Assembly (NCBI RefSeq): GCF_036321535.1
Contig: NC_087437.1
Span: forward strand, 47,618,001-47,682,000
From: Camelus dromedarius
Lineage: Eukaryota
DNA: 64,000 nucleotides
Direction of reading: 5' to 3'
Shown here piece after piece: positions 52,284-64,000 of this stretch. Position 1 is the stretch's first letter. Each line of letters starts with the position of its first letter. The notes under the pieces are model-generated. The model worked only from the letters and a program-made list of their open reading frames with translations, made no database searches and was not told where the DNA came from. Position numbers and translations under genes: made by a program.

Positions 52284-52479
52284 TAGTCATGTACATTGCT
52301 GTCTGAGAAAACAATACACTTCATAGAACAGAACATCATAAGCAGCTTTTCCCTTGCCTGAGAAGACTAATTATAGAAAACCTGAAGTGGGTATGTGATA
52401 GGGACCAGAGTATTAAGCTACTTTGAAGGAAAGTTGTGTCATAAAAGTAGTATCTAATCATTTTAGATCTTGAAACTTC

Positions 52480-53415
52480 CTTTTTGTTTTATTTTAATTC
52501 TCTAAAGAATAATGTAACAGAAAAGTGTATAGGTCATGTGCCCAGGTGAGTTAATTTTATAGATTTAACACACCTGTGTAAGGATCCCGATCAAGAAGCA
52601 GAACATTACCAGCACCCCAGTATCAGCCACTTCCAGCCTCTATCTTCCAACCCAACCCCTAACCTCTGATCATGTCTTCTAATACCCTAGATTAATTTTT
52701 CTGGTTGTTCAACTTTACAAAATGGGATCACATAGTATCTACTACTGTATCAGGTTTGTTTGGTTCAGCTTTACATTTGTGATTTGTATCCATACTGTTG
52801 TGCATAGTTGGAGTGCATTCTCATGGCTGCGTAGTATTTCATCCCATGAAAACAACGTTGATTTGTTCTTTCTGATAGTGATGGGCATTTGGATAAATTT
52901 CCTGTTTTGGGCTATTATAAATAATGCTGCTGTGCACATTCTTATATATGTGTTTTTGGTACACATTGGTGTATATTTCTGTTGGTTATATATCAGTGGT
53001 TCTCAATGTGAGGGGTTGGATGATTTTTGGCCCTAGGAAATATTTGGCCATGTCTGAAGACATTTTTTGTTACCACAACTAGGGGAGTGTGCTATTGGCA
53101 TCCAGTGGGAGGAGAGGTTAGGGATGCTTTTAAACATCCTATAACACAGAACAGCTCCTGTCCCTCAACCAAAGACTTATCTGACTCAAAATGTTAATAA
53201 TGTAGGAATCAGTAATCTGTAGGTATATATCTAGGAGTGGAATTGCTGGATTACAGGTTAAGAATATGCTGTTTTAATAAGTGGCCCAAGAGTTTTGTGA
53301 AGTGCTCATACCATTTGATATTCCCACCAGCAGATTGAGAATTCCAAGTGATTTATATCCTTGCTAACACTTGGTATTTTTTGGCTTTGTATTTCATTTT
53401 AGTCATGCTGGTGGT
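52480..53415 (-). mobile_element. Old LINE-1 3' end interrupted by MER20
   Basis: Minus-strand ORF 52742..52966 has the RMCTAALFIIAQN motif; L1 text resumes after 53220 (CTAGGAGTGGAATTGCTGG). Confidence 0.8.
52994..53218. mobile_element. MER20 hAT DNA element
   Basis: CAGTGGTTCTCAA...TGTCTGAAGACATTTTT...GCTATTGGCATCCAGTGGG...GGGATGCT..TAAACATCCTA; flanked by near-duplicated TTATATAT / GTATATAT. Confidence 0.85.
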
Positions 53416-54468
53416 TTGAAACTTCTGTTTAAAAAGAGTATAGAGAATCTGGCATTTGTTCTACATGTAATATTTAATTTGTTTGACACTGCTTTTTCTG
53501 ATTTTAATAGTAAAAAAAAAAACTTGGAAAATGCATTAAAAAAATAAAACCTACACTATCTCATCACTATTCACATTATATTATTTCTTTAATTCTTCCC
53601 CTCACTCCCAGAAGTGGAGTTTTGCTTAATACGAAGCTTTATATCCTGCTGTTATTAACTCTTGTTTTATAATCATGCTCTTTTCAAATCAGGGTCACAT
53701 TTAATCATCAGAGAATTAGGAAATATCACCCACAGATTGTTCTTCTCCATTCCAATTTAGCTGAATTTTATTAAGTCTTAACATGGAGGTCTGTTATCAT
53801 GGCCATAATGCTAAACCCTAACTACTAACACTTATTCTTAATTTAAATATCCAAATGCTAGTCTTAAACCTAATAATACAAACCCAGTCCCTAGCTAATG
53901 CATTCTCCCCAACTTTAATTCCCAGTGTTTCTTAAAAGAAAAATATACCATGTATGTTCTGAATTTAAATAAAAATAACTTCATTGTAACAAATTTACTG
54001 TAGCATTTATTTTCTGATTTTAAAGGCATTAATAGATTCATTGTAGAAAATTTGAAAAATAGGAAAAGCATAAGGAAGAAATAAAAATGTTATCCATTTT
54101 TGTGGGTGTTGCTGGCATACCACCTATTAATTTACACAAATATATATATATCTATCTCATATATTCTTAATACAGAATTAGGAACCTTTTCCCATGCCAT
54201 TAAGTACTAACATTTGACTACAATATGTTTCATAATGGATGTGTAGTATTTGGTGGTCCATCAGAATTTTAAATTAAATATTCAAGAAGAATCATTAAGT
54301 TAAGAGAAAGATTTCTTGTCAGGCAAGTATCAAACTTCATTTATTAGAATTTTTGGATTTGTTGAGTGTATGGCAGCTGTTACTTTAATATTATAAATGG
54401 AGTTTAGTATAGGCCTATAGCTGTTGGCTGTAATTATGTTTGCCCCTTTTAATACTGTTTTTCTCTAG

Positions 54469-54622
54469 GTACGCAGACAGCACATGGAAAGATGCTTGCA
54501 TTTCTTAGTGGAGGAGCTCAAAGTTGTGGATCCTTTAGAAGCACAGAATCGTATCTTTTTTGTTTCCGCAAAGGAAGTCCTTAGTGCTAGAAAGCACAAA
54601 GCACAGGGGATGCCAGAAGGTG
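54469..54622 (+). CDS. MFN1: MFN1 exon 8
   Basis: [51 protein letters not shown]; 154 nt. Confidence 0.96.
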
Positions 54623-54738
54623 GTATGTATTCAATATAGACTTCCTTTTGAAATTCATGTATAGATTATAAAAATGGCATTCTAGAAATCCTATCTTGCT
54701 ATTTACTAGATTTTTAAATCTTCACCTAAATATTACAG

Positions 54739-54806
54739 GTGGGGCACTTGCAGAAGGATTTCAGGCAAGATTACAGGAGTTTCAGAATTTTGAACAAATC
54801 TTTGAG
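54739..54806 (+). CDS. MFN1: MFN1 exon 9
   Basis: (G)[22 protein letters not shown]; 68 nt; preceded by a 116-nt intron. Confidence 0.96.
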
Positions 54807-56192
54807 GTAGGAATTTTGTGAATGTATTAACTAATAGAAAACCCTAGCATTGGTTGAAGAGTGATCACAATCTTCTGTTTTCACTACTTAAATCTTTGTC
54901 AATAACCTTTGCTATTATTTAGTATAGTTTCTGACACAGCAAGTGAAACAAGGAGAGTTTGAAGAAAGTCCCTGCAAAATGGATGACACGTAAGAATAGA
55001 GAATTAAAGATTGTAATTTCTTCTTATTCTTTTTCCTTATGTATTTGTATTTAAATGAGACACTTTTCAAGTGTGTGTTGTGCAATGAGTGAAATTCCCT
55101 ATATTCAGTAGTTAAGGATAGGATTAAAGAAATGTAATTGCTGTTGGGGTGGATAATAGAGCAAAATGAACATCTTTTTTCTTTTGTACCATACTATTTG
55201 CAGAGAGAGATAGAACGTAGTTAATGTCATTTGACAAAAGTATTACATTTCTAAACTGTATTGTCATCTGTTGATTCTCTACGTTTTATGCCAAATGTCC
55301 TGAATAAACAAATACAAAAAGAATTAAGATAAAGGTCCTGTATTTTAGGAATCTGGTAGGAACTACTGAGGTTCGTGAATAGCTAACGTGTGTGCAGCAC
55401 TGGGGATGGAGGATGCTTCCTTATGTTTTGGTCTAGGTGTTTTATTCAGACATTAAAACTCATCCTACATTTGACTGAAAAGTTCTTCAGATGTTAATCT
55501 TCTTACCTCTTATTTAGCTCTGTCTAGCTTGCTTATTAGATTGCATGTCTCCTCCTCACCCCAGATGAACACAAATACTTCAGAACTGAAAAGACTTCCG
55601 TCTGTAATTATTCTTCCTTGTAAGTAGTAAATGCATGAATAGTAAGGACATGAATGTTGAATGTACTTGGCAGAATTTTTAAAGTTACACATTTGCTCAC
55701 TATCCCCCATTTTTCATTTGGTGAGAGGGAGAAAGACCATTAGGTAGATGAAGGTAAAGTGTTTAAGAAAACCCACTCCCAGCTATCTTGGTAAGGTGTC
55801 TCTAATTGTTCAGAGGCCCCTGGGAAATCAGCAGATACCCTCTCAAGTTAAGGCAGAGGATACATGATGTCCCAGTTACTCAAAGACCATTGTTTATTTT
55901 CTTTCCCTTTTGCTTTTGCAAAAGGTTCAATGCTGTCCTCACTCATCAGTTACAGTCATTTTATCCATGGGGAAAATATCGGGGAGAGTATCTGTTGTTG
56001 TTTCTGTTTTCTTTTCTTACTTACTGAGTTTTTCTTTTGTCTTGTGTCTGTCATTCATTTTTCCTACCAAATCATATACTATTCAGTTATACATTTATAC
56101 CTCTTTCCTATTGGTTCCTGGTACAGCTTTTGCTTTCCCAGAATATCTCCTTGAAGAGGTGGGAATGAGAAGAATAAAAGATGTGCTGTAGA

Positions 56193-56362
56193 GCACTGGT
56201 TCCCACACCCGGCTGATCATGAGAAACCCGAGGTACTTTAGAGAACTGCAGCTTCCTGACCTGCCCCAGAGACTGATCCAGTAGGGCTGGGATGGACCTA
56301 GGAATCTGGTATATAGTCAGAACTGCAGTGATGGCAACAATCAGGCAGACTTAGGAACTGTT
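56193..56362. mobile_element. MER5-like DNA element
   Basis: CACTGGTTCCCACAC...CCCCAGAGACTGATCCAGTAGGGCTGGGATGGACCTAGGAATCTG. Confidence 0.65.
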
Positions 56363-57639
56363 CTTTCTAGTGTTTTTGAAAGAAACATGGTATTTCTCTT
56401 TTTTACTGTAAAGGTTCATTTGAGAATCTAAAAGTGATAAATGGACAAAACTGAGCAGGAGATTTTTTTTTTACATGAAGTTGTAGAGAATGTCAGGCTT
56501 TAGAGGTTTGAAATTTTTGTTTAAAACTATGATAGATGTAAAATGAGCATCAGCTGGAAATTTTTTGTATTTACCTCAAGAAATAAACAGATAGGCAAAA
56601 AATTTTGTCTGGATGGCAAACCTCTTTTTGGTAACTACATTGACAACTCTTCAACATTTATCCAAAGCTGAAATTTATTAATTAAAAAATCAATTTTGGT
56701 AATTTATGATTGCCTATAAATTTGTACATTCCTGAGAATTCATAATTTCATAGTATAAAATTATTTAAAATATTTTATATCCCTTATCTATATATCTATA
56801 TAGACTTATATATGGATATATATAAAGGATACAAGAAATGTCTATGTATTTTAAACATTAATTGGATTTGCTAATGATTTGATTGCTTTGCTCTATCCAA
56901 AGACCCAGGCCTACTCCTTGGTTAATTTATCAATTAATAAATAACATTTTTTGAGTTTTGTTCATTAAATTCTCTGTTTCCTACTGCTTTCATAATATAA
57001 GTGGAATTGTTTTTTGCTTTTTGATCTTTGAGAAAGAATTTAGGGCTATGAATTTGTGAGTGTAGCTTTGGATGTACTCTTTGGGTTTTAGTATCCAGTT
57101 TTCATTGTTGATTATTTTTAATTATAGTTTTTGGCATTTCCTATTGAATACAGGAGTTATTGAAATTCAAATGTTGGATTCTTCTCATCTAACTTTTCTT
57201 GGTTTCTTTGTGTTGTAATCACAGAATGTGGTGGCCTTTACACACATTTTCTCTGTTTCTAGAATTCATTTTTGTGTAAGTTTGTGTAGTCTTATAAGAT
57301 AGTTTTTGTGAAAAGAAAAACTTTACCAAGTCACCATTTTTATCCAATGGTCTGATCTTTGCAGTGGACTTCTTGAGATTCATTTGGTTTAAAAGAAGCT
57401 AAATACTGTGAATGATCAGGGTACCAAGTTAAATTTTAAGTCAAGTAAAATCAATCAAGAAAATCAATGTTGATTCTGTTAATATGTTTTCTTATTGTTT
57501 TCAGCCTATATTTGAACAGATGTATATTCTGAAGGCAGTTTAGAAATCTGAATTTTTTGCCCAAATATTTGGCCATTAACTATTCTTAATAGTTTTGGTT
57601 GCATGATAGAAAAGAGGTATAAAATAAAATGTCAGTGAA

Positions 57640-58045
57640 TTTCTTGTAAAGGACATTCTTGGGACAACTGGCAAAGTTTGGAAATAGACTGTATGTTAGG
57701 TTAATAATATTCCCAGTGATAAATGTTCTGAGTACAATAATTATTTTCTGGTTGTACAGGAAAATATCCCCGTTCTTAGGAGACACATGTTAATATATTT
57801 AGTAGTAAGGTTGTGGTGGTTGCAATGATCTGTCAAATTGTGCAGCAAGAAAATATATATACAGGTATGTATAAAAATATATGAATACCTGCATAGACTT
57901 ATCTCTACATATTTGTATGGAAAGAAAGAAGGAAAGGTAAACAAAGCTGAATGTTAACATTTGGTATATTTACTTGAAAGGTATCTTGTATCTTGTTGTT
58001 CTTTTTTGCCCTTTTCCTGTCCATTTAAAATATTTCAGAATAACA
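57640..58045 (+). mobile_element. Old LINE-1 3'UTR (L1MC4/L1ME-like)
   Basis: AAGGACATTCTTGGGACAACTGGCAAAGTTTG...GTTCTTAGGAGACACATG...AATGTTAACATTTGG. Confidence 0.7.
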
Positions 58046-60540
58046 CATTGGCAGTGGTGAATAACATGTTATTGGGTGTTTGGGGTGTGTTATTAAGGGG
58101 ACCTGACAAGTTTGTTTTATATTTTAATTACATATAAATATTAATACTTACAAATTTGTAACTACATATGATTAAATTGCCAGCTGTCTTCTTTAGATGC
58201 TATTAGAAAATCAGATGATCTTGAGATGTGATTATTGTTTTGGTTCTAAATCTTTAATAATTTTTAAAGCAGCCTACAGGAGACTCTGACAAGATGGAAT
58301 TTAAATTGTCTGCTGTAGTATTTGAAGTATCTCCTTTGGAAATTGGAGTTCCTGATAAAATAAGTCTGGGAACTACTGCATGCTGTATATGTCCCCACAG
58401 AGATTCTTCAGCATATTATGTTTGAAGGTCTCTGAGAAATGGTTCAGTAAAGAAACTTTATTTAAATTGTCATTTCTTACACTTATTTGGGAATAGAGTA
58501 TTTCTCTTGCAATTAACTCTTGGTATTTTTATGATCAGTGGGAACATTAATGTGGGATATTTTTTAATTAGAAAAAGATTGCCTGTTTTCTTCTTTATAT
58601 TTGTTCATCGTGTATTTTTGAATCAAGAAGTAACATATATTGTCTAATAACCTTGGAGTTCTTTTCTTTTTGTCTGGTCTAGCTCTAATACTGTGCTGTT
58701 GTCTACAAATTTGGGGTCTTCATTGCTGATATCTAGATCTGCTTCATCGAGGAACATAAAATTTTCTTTAACTTTTTTTCTTTTAAAAACATTTTTATGC
58801 TTTTATTATAGTTTTGTTGAGGTTAATTTGGCCATTTTTGAGACCATTATTTAAAGTAAAATCAAAGCTTTTTTTAGACATTTAAAAACAAGCAGTTTGC
58901 ACTTTAAATGTTGAATATTATGTAGTTATTGGTGGTTTTTGCTTTGGCATGTACAGAGCAGGAATACTGTAACTTCCTACCACTAATTTGCTTCAGGATT
59001 AGTGATAATTGAATGATGCATAAATGACTTGGTCATGAGCAGATGTGAGGCTATGCAGTGAAAAAAAATCATAGGCTCTGAGTGAAGGCTTTTAAACTGT
59101 TAACTAAATGAATTACTCTCATGTGCCCTTTAGCTAAAGAAATGAATCTGTGTTGTTTTCTATACCTCAAAATACCAAAGGTGACAGCTAAAATGGCAAG
59201 GGAGAATTTAAAACTTCCATCTTAGTGAAGTGAACAAAATAATCATTTTAGAGACGTGAAGGCAAAATGGATTAAAAATAGAATATTGAATGAATACGTA
59301 ATATACTAATGATTTTAAGATAACAAATACAGTGCCAGAGTATTAAGTGAATACCTTCTAAAGCTTGGAAGCTATTTATTTTGACAAAGGATAGTAATAC
59401 TTTAGGGTGTAATTACCATAATTTGTACTAGTTATGTATATAAAGTTTAGGATGAATTCATGGAAATATTGGAGAGTCTGGGAGCATATTCCAAGTTTAA
59501 AAAATTTTATCATAGAAGATAAGCATGATCTCCTAGAAAACATCTATTGTAGGTATTGTTGTGACCCAGATGAACATTTCTTGATTGTTCAAAGACCAGA
59601 TAGGATTTTTCTGTTAATACTTGCAGTTACTTCCAGATGTTACGTCAGTACAGAATTTGACTGTTAAAAAGTGAAAGGCCAATTTTAATTTGATCATTTT
59701 GCAAGCTTTAATGGTGAATCACAGTAAATGTTTTAAATAACAAGTAATGTGCATATATATTGAAATTGAGATAAAATTTCACAAACATTCATCATATGTG
59801 ATACTTTCTAATATATTTTCTTCTGTTTAAAAAAACACTGGTCATGAAACATTAACTGATTTGTACAACTATTAATGAATTTTGAGCTTCAGTTAGCTTG
59901 AAGGTGAAACAGATGAGATAAGGTCTTCTGACCTGTATGCACACAGTATAGACCAGTGACAATAGTAGGGTTATCTTTGAAATAGCTATAGATATTTTTC
60001 TATAGACAATTTGAACTATTAGGTTGTTGCTGTTAAAGAGTATTTTTCAATTTGTTCAAGCTTTAATCTACAGAAGTCCTTTTTAAATAACCTTATGTGA
60101 ATCATAGCATTCAACTAATATTTTTAATGTAGAATTCTAATTCATGGCCCAATTAAGAACTTTATTAGGTTATTGATTGCAAATATGAGAAAAATCAAGG
60201 TAGATGGACTAGAAGTAAAGGTGATCCAAGTAAAATTAATAATTCTAATGAGGAAACGTTTTGTAACATTGAAAATAGTACCCTGTTTATTTATTTTTAA
60301 ATGTAATACAGTCAAAGAACCATTGCACATTACTGTGTAAAATTACACAAAGATATGAACTTGCTGTTAAAGCCTTTTTACTTTTGAATCCTTGTCATTT
60401 TTTTTAACGTTTACAATTTTAAGTTGTGTTTATCATACATTTATTTTCTATCCTTATGTGAACAGCAAGTTTTTGTGTTTAAATTCCTGAAAATTTTGGG
60501 ATGGAATTACAGTAATGTGTTATGGCTTGGGCCCTCGCAG

Positions 60541-60662
60541 GAGTGTATCTCGCAGTCAGCAGTGAAAACAAAGTTTGAACAGCACACTATCAGAGCTAAA
60601 CAGATTCTAGAAACTGTGAAAAACATAATGGATTCAGTAAACGTGGCAGCAGCAGAGAAAAG
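60541..60662 (+). CDS. MFN1: MFN1 exon 10
   Basis: [40 protein letters not shown](R); 122 nt. Confidence 0.96.
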
Positions 60663-61809
60663 GTATGAATTCATTTTATTGCAAAATAAAAATGTTTTTG
60701 TGTCAATTCCTTAGACACTTAGAATTCCTTAGACTACGGTTCAAATTGTTACATTATTAAATACTTTTCACACTAACATCAACCTTGTAGGCTTGGCAGA
60801 TGCCTACTTACATGATTTTAAGTGAATATTTGAAACTAATTATTTCTTCTACAACCTTGAACACATCATTTACATTCGCTGGATCTCAGTATTCTCGTGT
60901 GTGAGTTGTGATTTTAAAATGTTCAGTGGCTTTAAAATATCTTTAAAACAGTGGAAGAACCACTTCTTCAAGCAGGATTTTTCAAAGACTTCTAAAACAG
61001 GTGATCCTCTTTTTTACATTCAACCCATCACTCATCTTTCATATATGCATACATTGAAACCTTGAAATGACTCTTTTATGCCAGTTGTGGCTTTTTATTG
61101 GCTTGTAAACGAACAAGGTGATACTGCCTGCCAGCCAGTGAATGTGGTAAACACTGCTCTATATGTCATACTGTACTGCAGTATTTTATTCCATTATATT
61201 ATCTTACAAAGGAGAAAACAAATACACAAAAGTACTAACACTATCGGAAAAAAAAAGGGTAGTTCTTACAAACTTGATACACCTGAAACAAAGATCAGGA
61301 TATTGTTTTATGTGACAAACAATGTGAAGCCTCATTTGGACTTCGAAGTGGGCTTAAGCCAATGAAAGGAAAGATATAAAGCATCTAAGAGTAAGACCAA
61401 GATGACATAAAAATTGGGAATTTTAAATGTACTTGATTTTGCTGGGAACAAAACTCCACTCATATCTAAGTCTGTTGCCTAATTTTGACGCAGGAATGCA
61501 TTATGTACAAAATTAGAGAATTTGCAGAATTTGTTAAAACACAAGGGTCAGAACCCTAGAGTCTGATCTCCAGCCCTGTGCACTGTTTCTGTATTATGAG
61601 CTTGGTTGCTTTATTATGGTAGCTAAAGTGAGTATTGGTCAACCAGATTGACCTTAATATCACTAATTTTTATGAAAATATAGGACATTGAAATAAATCT
61701 GGCACAAAAAAGATGTGATTTGAGGATGGTTTGTATGATTATGTCTTGGGAACTCTTAGCTAAAGATAATCTTAAAATCTTTAGGCCATTGTTCTCCTGT
61801 ATCATCCAA

Positions 61810-62007
61810 GTTGACAAATTTTAACAGATAGTAAATACTCTAGGCTTTGTGGGCCATGCTGTGTTTTTTTGCACCCACTCAATTCCGTGGTTTTAGAGCA
61901 AATACATGTACACAATAGGCACAGGAATGCAATGTGGCTCTATTTGAGGAAAGCTTTATTAGCAGCTGGCTAGATTTGGCTTGCAGGATGCTATTTACTG
62001 GCCCCTG
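61810..62007. mobile_element. MER58A-like hAT element
   Basis: AGATAGTAAATACTCTAGGCTTTGTGGGCCA...CTAGATTTGGC...GGCCCCTG. Confidence 0.7.
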
Positions 62008-62333
62008 TTTATTAAATATAGTCAGTATTGAGTTGGGTCTATTTTGACTGTTTATATCTATGAAGTGGGTGGAGATTTTAGAATCATTATTAATCCTTTG
62101 TGGGATTCAGGTGCCACATTAGCAGAGAGACAGTTTATATCCAAGCTTCTGTGAAACATCTTATGAGTGAAATATTTGAATCCTTTTAGATGTTGAAATA
62201 CAGTTTGGTTTTTTTGTTGTTGTTGCTTTTGGATCACACTAACAGATGATTCCATGTGTGAGTGAGTGAGTGTGCTTAATTTCTTTGGGGCTTTAATATA
62301 CCCTGATAATGATAACTCTTCATACTATTATAG

Positions 62334-62460
62334 GGTTTATTCAATAGAAGAGAGGGAAGACCAAATTGATAGACTGGACTTTATCCGAAACCAGATGAAC
62401 CTTTTAACACTGGATGTTAAGAAGAAAATCAGGGAGGTTACAGAGGAGGTGGCAAACAAG
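62334..62460 (+). CDS. MFN1: MFN1 exon 11
   Basis: (R)[42 protein letters not shown]; 127 nt. Confidence 0.96.
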
Positions 62461-62633
62461 GTGGGTAACATTAGCTTTGTGACTGTAATATCTAGGAATG
62501 AGAGTATTTTTGATAATATTGAAAATGTTATCTGTTACCTTAAAGGAATTTTTTTTTAAGTTTTTTTAACTTGATTTTTTGAGCAGTCAGTAATCTTTAA
62601 AGTTTTTAATTCTGATTTTTAAAATATTTTTAG

Positions 62634-62738
62634 GTTTCATGTGCAATGACAGATGAAATTTGTCGACTCTCTGTTTTGGTTGATGAATTTTGTTCTGAGT
62701 TTCATCCTACTCCAAGTGTATTGAAAGTATATAAAAAT
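62634..62738 (+). CDS. MFN1: MFN1 exon 12
   Basis: [35 protein letters not shown]; 105 nt. Confidence 0.96.
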
Positions 62739-63036
62739 GTAAGTTAAATTGTAGTTAAATGTTATTCAAATACAGTTTCCTTACCTTATTCTTACTCTTA
62801 GTCCACTCTTTGGTGGTTTGGCCATTCTAGTCTTTACGTGGCCATCAGGACACGATTAAACTATTAACATCTCCTGTTTACTCTCATAATAAACATAAAC
62901 TGTAAAGTATACAGAAAAGTTATCCTCTTAGAAAAGAATAAGATCAATAAATGTTTACTATTTTTTTTAAGTTTTTAATAAAATCTGCATATGTTCTAGG
63001 GAAAAAATAATGTGGTCATTTACCCATTGTTAACAG

Positions 63037-63139
63037 GAATTAAATAAGCACATAGAAGATGGAATGGGAAGAAATTTGGCTGATCGGTGCACCAATGAAG
63101 TCAATGCTTCAATGCTTCAATCCCAGCAAGAAATTATTG
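63037..63139 (+). CDS. MFN1: MFN1 exon 13
   Basis: [34 protein letters not shown]; 103 nt. Confidence 0.96.
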
Positions 63140-63292
63140 GTAATTTTTATATCTACAAGTTCATGTGTGTAGTTTTTTTGTTTGTTTTTTTTTTTTTTGG
63201 TGAAAGATTTATTGTAAAATCCTTTAGGTATTTTATAAGATGTAAAACATTATATACTGTTGTTTCTTAAAATGAAATTTTGTTCTTTTTAG

Positions 63293-63522
63293 AAAATTTG
63301 AAGCCATTACTTCCAGCTGGTGTACAGAATAAACTACATACACTGATTCCTTGCAAGAAATTTGATCTCAGCTATGACCTAAATTGCCACAAGTTATGTT
63401 CAGATTTTCAAGAGGATATTGTGTTTCATTTTTCCCTGGGTTGGTCTTCCCTTGTCCATCGTTTCTTGGGCCCTACAAATGCTCAGCGGGTGCTTCTAGG
63501 ATTATCAGAACCTATCTTTCAG
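63293..63522 (+). CDS. MFN1: MFN1 exon 14 (gene continues beyond the window)
   Basis: (E)[76 protein letters not shown]; 230 nt; cumulative CDS 1662 nt = 554 codons with all phases consistent. Confidence 0.96.
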
Positions 63523-63814
63523 GTATTATATATACATGTCTTTTTTTTTTGGAGTAGGCTTTTTACTAGGTGGATATTGCTGAACCGTGCAGAAATGTAT
63601 CTGATTCTACCAGTTGAGTCTCCTTTTTTATGTGATTTTCTCTATAGAATTAGCTGTGTCAGATTTGCTTATTTGTGAGCTAGTATTTGTGATATAGAGC
63701 CATTTCTGAATTAGGTATACTATGTGTAAGAGAAAGCCAATCTCAGACTTCTCATTCAGTACTGTTGTAGATTGTTCTGCATTCACTTTTAAAACTTTTT
63801 TTTTAAGTTTTCTT

Positions 63815-64000
63815 ATCTTAAAAGTTTTTGTTTCTATAATTCAGGTAAGTTGGAATAAATATAAGCATTTAAAAAATGTTTTGAATTTATCAATTCAGTA
63901 ATTTTTCAGAAAACTTATGGAGTTGTAAAACCATTGCCACAATCCAGTTCTAGAACATTTCTGACACCCCAAACGATACCCTTATGCCCATTTGCAGTCT
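63815..64000 (-). mobile_element. LINE-1 3' end (L1MB-like), cut by the window edge
   Basis: GAGTTGTAAAACCATTGCCACAATCCAGTTCTAGAACATTTCTGACACCCC. Confidence 0.75.

Overview
Mammalian genomic DNA, very probably a camelid (two Vic-1-like tRNA-Ala-derived SINEs). The window covers the conserved ZNF639-MFN1 block, both genes on the + strand. ZNF639 is complete: CpG-island promoter ~19.9-21.15 kb, probable non-coding 5' exons, and CDS join(24544..24601,25623..25733,27890..28024,28180..29333) = 1458 nt, 485 aa. MFN1 (mitofusin-1) is partial: CpG-island promoter ~39.7-40.45 kb, non-coding exon 1, then 13 coding exons from 41110 to 63522 giving 554 codons with consistent phases; the gene continues past the window end. 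The rest is mostly interspersed repeats (L1, L2, MIR, MaLR/ERV LTRs, hAT DNA elements) and microsatellites. There are no prokaryotic-type systems and I cannot demonstrate a new biological system. Best leads: an inverted ~145-bp copy of a nearby solo LTR nested in a young L1 in MFN1 intron 2; decayed exon-like segments on either side of ZNF639 (possible lost genes, speculative); an atypical MFN1 exon-10 acceptor with in-frame alternatives; and MFN1 uORFs. Repeat family names and boundaries are from recognition by eye and are approximate unless a TSD is given.
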